From positions 3,552,001 through 3,616,000 of the forward strand of contig OY970399.1 in NCBI GenBank assembly GCA_963720545.1: a stretch of DNA of 64,000 nt, in the 5' to 3' direction. Position 1 is the stretch's first letter; every line of letters starts with the position of its first letter. Position numbers and translations under genes: made by a program. This document shows positions 30,929-37,322 of the stretch, piece after piece. Under the pieces are notes generated by a model that did no database searches, was not told where the DNA came from, and was given only the letters and a program-made list of their open reading frames with translations. This DNA comes from an uncultured Acidobacteriota bacterium (GTDB taxonomy: Bacteria > Acidobacteriota > Vicinamibacteria > Fen-336).

Positions 30929-32131
30929 ATGACAAGCGGTGTGTCGTTCCGCCTCAGCGTGATGATGTTCCTCGAATACGTGATCTGGGGGTCGTGGCTG
31001 CCGCTCCTCGCCTTGTATCTTGGCGACTCGCTGCACTTCACGAGCCGCCAGATCGGCCTGGTGTTCGCGACGCCCGCGATCGCGTCGCTCTGGGCGCTGT
31101 TCGTCGGTGGCCAGATCGCCGACCGTTACCTCTCCGGCGAGAAGATGCTGGCGCTCAGCCACCTCATCGGCGGCATCGCGCTGCTGGCGCTTGGGCGGCA
31201 AACCGAGTTCTGGCCGTTCTTCCTGATCATGCTCGTGTACCAGCTGGTGTATGTGCCGACACTGTCGGTGACGAACGCGATCGCGTTCCACAACCTGGAG
31301 GGCCGCGAGCGCGAGTTCGGCCGCGTGCGTCTCTGGGGGACGATCGGCTGGATCGCCGCCAGCTGGCCGTTCGTCTTCATCCTCGCGGGGCGCACGGGCG
31401 CCGACCTCGAGGCGGCGCGCGGCGCCATCTTCACCATTGCGGCGGTCGCGTCGTTCGCGCTCGCGGCCTTCTCGTTCAGCCTGCCTGCGACTCCGCCGAG
31501 CAAGACGGCGGGCGGCAACGCACCACTCGAGGCGCTGAAGCTGCTGGCGATCCCGGCGTTCGCCGTGCTCTTCTTCGTGACGCTTCTCGACGCCATCGTG
31601 CACCAGTGTTACTTCCAGTGGACGAGCCCGTTCCTGAAACACGCGGGGCTCGCCGAGAACTGGATCATGCCGGCGATGAGCGTTGGCCAGATCGCGGAGA
31701 TCTCCACCATGGCGGCGCTCGGCTTCTTCCTGGCCCGCCTCGGCTGGCGCAAGACGATGATCGTCGGCGTCCTCGGCCACGCGGCCCGCTTCCTGATCTT
31801 CGCCATCGGCGACCCCGTGTGGCTGATGGTGGCGGTGAACGTGGTGCACGGCCTGTGCTACGCGTTCTTCTTCGCCACGGTCTACATCTTCATCGACGAG
31901 TACTCGCCGCGCGATTCGCGCGCCAGCACGCAGGGCCTCTTCAACCTGCTCATCCTCGGGCTCGGGCCGTTCCTCGGCAGCTTGCTGTGGGGCCAGCTGG
32001 GCGACACGCTGCGGCTCGCCGACGGCGGCGTTGACTATCGCACGCTGTTCCTCTGGCCGGCTGGCATCGCCATGGTCGCAGCGCTCGCGCTGTTCCTTTT
32101 CTTCCGACCTGTTGCGCGCGAGTCGGTATAG
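30929..32131 (+). CDS. MFS nucleoside/sugar:H+ symporter (NupG/XapB-like)
   Basis: MMFLEYVIWGSW, IADRY, RLWGTIGWI, GQIAEI and STQGL. Confidence 0.88.
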   Translation: MTSGVSFRLSVMMFLEYVIWGSWLPLLALYLGDSLHFTSRQIGLVFATPAIASLWALFVGGQIADRYLSGEKMLALSHLIGGIALLALGRQTEFWPFFLIMLVYQLVYVPTLSVTNAIAFHNLEGREREFGRVRLWGTIGWIAASWPFVFILAGRTGADLEAARGAIFTIAAVASFALAAFSFSLPATPPSKTAGGNAPLEALKLLAIPAFAVLFFVTLLDAIVHQCYFQWTSPFLKHAGLAENWIMPAMSVGQIAEISTMAALGFFLARLGWRKTMIVGVLGHAARFLIFAIGDPVWLMVAVNVVHGLCYAFFFATVYIFIDEYSPRDSRASTQGLFNLLILGLGPFLGSLLWGQLGDTLRLADGGVDYRTLFLWPAGIAMVAALALFLFFRPVARESV

Positions 32132-32140
32132 GCTCGGCCC

Positions 32141-32887
32141 ATGCACACTTCACTCCTGGCGGTTTTCGCGTTGCTCGCTGCCGTTCCTTTGACGGCGCAG
32201 ACCGGCGCCGACCTCGGCCCGGTTCACGATCGCTCGCGGCCGGTGCCGCGCATCGTCGACCCGGGCGGCGGCGGCAGGCCGCCCGCGGATGCCGTCGTGT
32301 TGTTCGACGGCAAGGACCTGTCGAAGTGGCACGCGCAGAAGGGCGGCGGCCCTGCGCCGTGGAAGGTGGAGGGCGGTTACTTCGAGGTGGTGAAGGGTTC
32401 GGGCTGGATCGAGACGGTCGATTCGTTCGGCGATTGCCAGCTGCACCTCGAGTGGGCAACGCCGTCGCCGGCGGTGGGCCAGGACCAGGACCGCGGCAAC
32501 AGCGGCGTCTTCTTCGGCGGCGGGCGTTACGAGGTGCAGGTGCTCGACTCTTATAACAACGTTACCTACGCCGACGGCCAGGCGGGCGCGTTGTACGGGC
32601 AGTACCCGCCGCTCGTGAATGCGACGCGGGCGCCGGGCGAGTGGCAGACGTACGACATCGTCTACCACGGGCCGCGCTTCGATGCGGGAGGCAAGGTGAC
32701 GCGGCCGGCAACGCTCACGGTGTTCCTGAACGGCGTGCTGGTGCAGGACAACCAGGCGCTCACCGGACCGACGGCGCACAAGGCACGGCCCCCGTATGAG
32801 GCGCACGCCGAGAAACTGCCGCTGTCGCTGCAGGACCACGACCACCCGGTGCGCTACCGCAACATCTGGTTGCGGCCACTGGGTTAA
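32141..32887 (+). CDS. DUF1080 (3-keto-disaccharide hydrolase-like) secreted protein
   Basis: PPADAVVLFDGKDLSKW, FGDCQLHLEW, GNSGVF, YEVQVLD and LQDHDHPVRYRNIW. Confidence 0.9.
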   Translation: MHTSLLAVFALLAAVPLTAQTGADLGPVHDRSRPVPRIVDPGGGGRPPADAVVLFDGKDLSKWHAQKGGGPAPWKVEGGYFEVVKGSGWIETVDSFGDCQLHLEWATPSPAVGQDQDRGNSGVFFGGGRYEVQVLDSYNNVTYADGQAGALYGQYPPLVNATRAPGEWQTYDIVYHGPRFDAGGKVTRPATLTVFLNGVLVQDNQALTGPTAHKARPPYEAHAEKLPLSLQDHDHPVRYRNIWLRPLG

Positions 32888-32904
32888 GCGCGCGGCACGC
32901 CAGT

Positions 32905-33026
32905 CCGTTTTCCTGAGCAGCGTAGTCCTTTCTGATCGCTGCGAAGGATCTCCCGGTCTGCTGTTGGCTGCTGTTCTCCCGTTTCCCAGAGCAGCGTAGG
33001 CCGTTCCTGGTCGCTGCGAAGGGTCT
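32905..33026 (+). repeat. Two imperfect ~47-bp direct repeats, each with a GCAGCG...CGCTGC hairpin
   Basis: CCGTTTTCCTGAGCAGCGTAGTCCTTTCTGATCGCTGCGAAGGATCT at 32905 and CCGTTTCCCAGAGCAGCGTAGGCCGTTCCTGGTCGCTGCGAAGGGTCT at 32979. Confidence 0.8.
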
Positions 33027-33086
33027 TTCCGTTTCTTTCCCGCGTTCGGTCCCCCCCTGTCATTTCGCCCCTGCTATTAATTCGGA

Positions 33087-34643
33087 GTGACGACCGACCT
33101 TCTCGCAACGGCGCGTGCCCTTTCCGATTCCGAGCTCCTGGCTCGCGTCGGCTCGTGGGCAGGCCGCGAGCGCGAGGCCACTGCGGAAGTCGTTGCCCAC
33201 GTTGCCGAGCTTGAAGTCCGCAAGCTGCACCTGCGCGACGGTTACGGCTCGCTGTTCGTCTATTGCCGCGATGCTTTACGCCTGTCCGAGGCCGAGGCCT
33301 ACAACCGCATCGAGGCGGCGCGTGCCGCCCGCCGGTTTCCGGTCATCCTCGAGCTCATGCAAGACGGCGCCATCAACCTCACCACCGTCCGCCTCCTGGG
33401 CCGTCATCTCACCGATGAGAACCACCGCCAGGTGCTCGAGTCGGCGCGCGGCAAGAAGAAGGCCGAGATCGAGGAGATCATGGTGGCGCTCTGGCCGCGG
33501 CCCGACGTCCCCGACACCGTGCGCAAGCTGCCGCCGCCGCGTGGCTTTGGCGCTTATCTTGGAAGCGGCGCTGACGGAGTCGGCGGCGGGGCCGCTTCAC
33601 AAGCGCCGTGGTCGGTGCCAGGTGAGGACGCGCAGACAGTCGGTGCGCGCTCCTCGTCGTCCGGTCCTGGCACGGATCAAGACGGGCACGGGTCGCTGCC
33701 TGGTCAATGGGAGTTCATCCCGCCACGAGCTACAGGCCGGCTCGATGTGGCGTCAGGGGAAGTATCTGGGCGCGTCGGCGCCTTCGGAGTGGCGGGAGCA
33801 GGTACTGCGGGCGGAACTGCGGCCGCAAGTGCTGGCGGAAATGCCGGAAGTGCGGGTGGAAGTGCGGCCGGAACTGCGGGCGGCTCGGGAGAGGAAGGCA
33901 CGTGGGTTTGGCGAGGGAGTGGCGCTGCCCCAGCGGGCGGAGCCGGCACGGTGGGTGGGGCCAGCACAACGAGCGGAGCCGGCACAACGAGCGGAGCCGG
34001 CATAACGAGTAGCGGCCAGCCTCCGTACGGTTCGCCACCCGCGCCCGGTGTGATTCCGTTGTCGCCGGAACGGTTCAAGGTGCAGTTCACGATCGGAGTG
34101 CAGACCCTCGAGAAGATGCGCCTCGCCCAGGACATGCTGCGCCACGCCATTCCGTCCGGCGACCAGGCGGCCATCTTCGACCGCGCACTGACGGTGCTGT
34201 TGTCCGAGCTTGCGCGCAAGAAGTTCGCCGCCACCGAAAAACCCCGGCCGGCCACCGCGCCGGCAACGTCAGGCTCACGCCATGTGCCGGCCGAAGTCCG
34301 CCGCGCCGTGTGGCAGCGCGACCTGGGGCGGTGTGCCTTCACGTCGGCCGAAGGCCGCCGTTGCAGCGAACGCGCGTTCCTCGAGTTCCACCACGACGAG
34401 CCCTATGCCATCGGCGGTGAAGCCACGGTGGCGAACATCCAGCTGCGCTGCCGGCAGCACAACGGCTTCGAGTCGCAGCTCGTCTTCGGCGCCACGGCCG
34501 GCGGCGGCAACTCGTTCCGGAACGAGTCGCGTCCAGGTGCTTCAGGTGTACCCGCGAACGGTGCGCACGGCGTTGCCGCCAATCCAAGCCGTGGATCTCC
34601 GCCCGTTACCGGTGCAACTTCAAAGTCGAGGGCTGGCCCATAG
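33087..34643 (+). CDS. HNH endonuclease with a DUF222-like helical N-terminal domain and a Gly/Ala/Ser-rich linker
   Basis: N-terminal LSDSELL...GYGSLFVYC...LSEAEAYNRIEAAR; C-terminal RHVPAEVRRAVWQRD.GRC...RC...LEFHH..PYAIGG....NIQLRCRQHN. Confidence 0.85.
   Translation: MTTDLLATARALSDSELLARVGSWAGREREATAEVVAHVAELEVRKLHLRDGYGSLFVYCRDALRLSEAEAYNRIEAARAARRFPVILELMQDGAINLTTVRLLGRHLTDENHRQVLESARGKKKAEIEEIMVALWPRPDVPDTVRKLPPPRGFGAYLGSGADGVGGGAASQAPWSVPGEDAQTVGARSSSSGPGTDQDGHGSLPGQWEFIPPRATGRLDVASGEVSGRVGAFGVAGAGTAGGTAAASAGGNAGSAGGSAAGTAGGSGEEGTWVWRGSGAAPAGGAGTVGGASTTSGAGTTSGAGITSSGQPPYGSPPAPGVIPLSPERFKVQFTIGVQTLEKMRLAQDMLRHAIPSGDQAAIFDRALTVLLSELARKKFAATEKPRPATAPATSGSRHVPAEVRRAVWQRDLGRCAFTSAEGRRCSERAFLEFHHDEPYAIGGEATVANIQLRCRQHNGFESQLVFGATAGGGNSFRNESRPGASGVPANGAHGVAANPSRGSPPVTGATSKSRAGP
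33964..34010 (+). repeat. 18-bp in-frame tandem repeat (TTSGAG) in the HNH linker
   Basis: GCACAACGAGCGGAGCCG twice plus a partial third copy. Confidence 0.85.
34510..34527. repeat. Perfect 18-bp palindrome ACTCGTTCCGGAACGAGT just 3' of the HNH motif
   Basis: Seen directly; it encodes NSFRNE inside the ORF. Confidence 0.9.
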
Positions 34644-35085
34644 CGGTTGTCGGGTTCGGTCAACGAAGTTTTGCGCCGAACGGGCGAGCGGGCCAGGCAG
34701 GCTGGCACATCGGGCGACCAGGGTGTGCTCAGGCCCTGCTGGCGGGAACGCATCTGCCTTCCCGCGACTTGCGTATGCCAGGCACGGGGGCTCGCCGCTA
34801 AGGCTGACGGATCATGCGGTAGGGATGGTTCCAGCCAGGCTGGCCAGAAGGGCCGGCGGGTTCGGGAGGCGGGTCGTCAGCGCGGGCGCGCTGGTCAGTA
34901 AGGCTGGTGCCATGGGCGACTCGGTTGTCCGCAGGTCAGGCTGGCAGGTAAGGCAGTGCGTTCGGCGCACAGGGGTTGTCGCCGCGGGCGAACTGACCAG
35001 AAAGGCCGGCGCAGTGGGCGATCAGGTTGTCCACTGCCAGGCCGAGCGACAGGGCTGGTTCGTTCGGGATGCCCGGTTCGGGACT
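34625..35085 (+). repeat. Degenerate tandem array of ~50-bp subunits with ~101-bp higher-order period
   Basis: 48-nt units at 34681, 34883 and 34985 align without gaps (36/48 identical for 34883 vs 34985 and for 34681 vs 34985); an AGGCYG core recurs at 34699, 34801, 34901 and 35003; interleaved CAGGCTGG...GTTCGG units. Confidence 0.7.
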
Positions 35086-35102
35086 GGTGTGTTCGCGAGA
35101 CT

Positions 35103-36248
35103 CTATTCCGGGATTTTTTCCCAGCGCCGGGTGCGGGCGGCTTTTTCCCAGGTGGCGAGGACGATCTGGTTACGGAGGCCATCCTCGAAGTCGGGCTTGG
35201 GGGAGCGGCCCTTGGCTATGCCTTCGAGGAGGTCGTAGATCGTGTGGGTGAAGGTGTGCTCGTAGCCGATGATGTGGCCGGGCGGCCACCACTTGCCGAC
35301 GAACGGGTGCACGGCTTCCGTGACCAGGATGGTGCGGAAGCCCTGGCTGCGCGCGGGGTCGGAGCGCAGGAACAGTTGCAGCTCGTTCATCCGCTCGAGG
35401 TCGAAGGCGATCGTGCCCTTGCTGCCGTTGATCTCGAAGCGGTTCCAGTTCCTGCGGCCGGCAGCCACCCGCGAGCCTTCGATCGTGCCCAGCGCGCCGT
35501 TGTCGAAGCGCACCAGGGCAGCGGCTGCGTCGTCCACGGTGACTCGTCCCTTGCGGCGCGGATTGTCGAGCAGCGGCCGCTTCTTGATGAAGGTCGCGAG
35601 GCTCGCGGCAATTTCCGTTATCTCGCCGACCAGGTAGCGGCCGAGGTCGAGCGAATGCGAGCCGATGTCGCCGAGCGCGCCCGAGCCCGCCTGCTTGCGG
35701 TCGAAGCGCCAGAGGAGCGGCAGCCTCGGGTCGATGATCCAGTCCTGCAGGTAGGTGCCGCGGTAGTGGTAGACCTCGCCGATCTCGCCCGACTCGAGGA
35801 TCTGCTTGGCCAGCATCACGGCCGGGATCCGCCGGTAGTTGTGGCAGACCATGTTGACGACGCCGGCCTTGTTCACGGCCGCCGTCATGGCCCGCGCCTG
35901 CGCCACGGTGTTGGCGAGCGGCTTCTCGCACAGCACGGCCTTGCCGGCGCGTGCCGCGGCGATCGCGATCTCGGCGTGGCTGTCGCCGGGGGTGGCGACG
36001 TCGACGAGGTCGATGTCCTCGCGGTGCACCACTTCGCGCCAATCGGTTGCGGCTTCCGCCCATCCCAGTTCACGCGCGGCTTCGGCGGTTGCCGCCTGGT
36101 CGCGTCCGCACAGCACCTGCATGCGCGGAGTGAGCCGCGGCGCCAGGAATGGCGCCACCTGCCGGTAGCCGTTGCTGTGCGCGCGGCCCATGAACTTGGT
36201 GCCGATGAGGGCGACACGCACCTCGCGGCCAGCGTCCCGGCGGGCCAT
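35103..36248 (-). CDS. Gfo/Idh/MocA family NAD-dependent oxidoreductase
   Basis: ALIGTKFMGRAH, VLCEKPLA, GALGDIGSH and WWPPGHIIGYEH. Confidence 0.92.
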   Translation of the reverse strand: MARRDAGREVRVALIGTKFMGRAHSNGYRQVAPFLAPRLTPRMQVLCGRDQAATAEAARELGWAEAATDWREVVHREDIDLVDVATPGDSHAEIAIAAARAGKAVLCEKPLANTVAQARAMTAAVNKAGVVNMVCHNYRRIPAVMLAKQILESGEIGEVYHYRGTYLQDWIIDPRLPLLWRFDRKQAGSGALGDIGSHSLDLGRYLVGEITEIAASLATFIKKRPLLDNPRRKGRVTVDDAAAALVRFDNGALGTIEGSRVAAGRRNWNRFEINGSKGTIAFDLERMNELQLFLRSDPARSQGFRTILVTEAVHPFVGKWWPPGHIIGYEHTFTHTIYDLLEGIAKGRSPKPDFEDGLRNQIVLATWEKAARTRRWEKIPE

Positions 36249-36262
36249 GGCGTTTGCCTCGG

Positions 36263-36772
36263 TTACCTGGATCCGTCGTAGGCAGCCGGCACTGTAGCGC
36301 CGGGAGCCGACGTCTTGGCCTGGGTCTTCGGTGCGGGTGTTGCGGTCTTGGCGCCGGCCTTCGGCGCGGCCTTGGGAGCTGGCTTCAACGTCTTGTCGAA
36401 GGTGCGGACGTAGCGGGCCAGGGCGTCGATCTGCTGCGGCGTGAGGCGGTCCTTGAAGGGCAGCATCGCCTTGCCGGGGACGCCGTCGCTGATCACCTTG
36501 GTGAGCGCGGCGACCGTGGTGCCGTGCAGCCACTTGCCGTCCGCGAGGTTCATCTCGGGAATCGCCGCCTTGCCGTCCGACATGTGGCAGGCCTGGCATT
36601 GCGCCGCGTAGAGCTCCTTGGTCGCGGCGTCGGTGGCAGCCGCCGTGGCGACGGGAGAAGTTGCAAGCGCGGGTGTTGCGAGCGCCACCAGGGCGACGAG
36701 CGTGGATGCAAGCCGCCTTGACGATGACGAGACCAGCGACGCGGCAAAGGCATTGAAGGTATCTGGAGCCAT
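36263..36772 (-). CDS. Secreted monoheme cytochrome c
   Basis: Signal peptide, CQACH heme motif and distal Met in GKAMLPF; Lys/Ala/Pro-rich tail. Confidence 0.85.
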   Translation of the reverse strand: MAPDTFNAFAASLVSSSSRRLASTLVALVALATPALATSPVATAAATDAATKELYAAQCQACHMSDGKAAIPEMNLADGKWLHGTTVAALTKVISDGVPGKAMLPFKDRLTPQQIDALARYVRTFDKTLKPAPKAAPKAGAKTATPAPKTQAKTSAPGATVPAAYDGSR

Positions 36773-36964
36773 GCCCCGAAGTATAAGGGGAGGCTTGCAG
36801 TGAAAAACGCTGAATACGGACGCGCCGGGCAACATCCTGGAGTTCGCGCCGGGAAACTTCTGGGGTATTGAACCGCGGGATACGGTTGAACAGGGAAATG
36901 GCTGGAAGGCAGTGGCCTGGACGGAACGGGGCTGGCCGGTGGCAGAGGGTCGGGACGCTACGGG

Positions 36965-37262
36965 TGCGGACGGAAACCTAACAGGAACGGAATAGTGCGC
37001 GGAACGGAACCAGCAAGGAACGGAACGGCGAGGAACGGAAACAGCCTTGAAACGGAAAACGGCCGGGATCGGAAACCGGCCAGGATCGGAAACCGGCCAG
37101 GATCGGAGAACGGCTGGGATCGGAGAACGGCTGGGATCGGAGAACGGCTAGGAACGGAAAACGGGGCCAGGAACGGAAAACGGAACGGAAAACGGGCAGC
37201 GGAAAGCGGCAACGGAAAAAGGCAACGGAAAAAACGGCAACGGAAAAACGGGCAACGGAAAA
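36965..37262. repeat. Purine-skewed tandem repeat tract including six 17-bp units
   Basis: CGGCYRGGAWCGGARAM units at 37060, 37077, 37094, 37111, 37128 and 37145, flanked by AACGGAA / GGCAACGGAAAAA iterations. Confidence 0.9.
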
Positions 37263-37296
37263 ACGGCGCCAGCGCTGGAAGCTGCGCTGGCGCCGT
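37259..37296 (-). terminator. Rho-independent terminator of the TonB receptor gene
   Basis: 13-bp stem ACGGCGCCAGCGC/GCGCTGGCGCCGT with an 8-nt loop, followed by a T-run on the minus strand, about 27 bp after the stop. Confidence 0.8.
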
Positions 37297-37322
37297 GGCG
37301 GGCGCCGTGACGGTGGCGGGGT

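Noticed and set aside
33087..34643. IscB/Cas9-like or TnpB RNA-guided nuclease, or an IS transposase
   Set aside because: No PLMP, RuvC, DDE or HUH motifs are visible; only a helical N-terminal domain and a C-terminal HNH.
34210..35238. 342-aa plus-strand ORF overlapping the HNH end and the array
   Set aside because: It overlaps two real genes, has atypical composition, and the repeat units change frame. It is kept only as the 'decayed coding repeat' alternative for the array.
36965..37262. Possible CRISPR array
   Set aside because: The units are contiguous 17-mers without unique spacers, and no cas genes are present.
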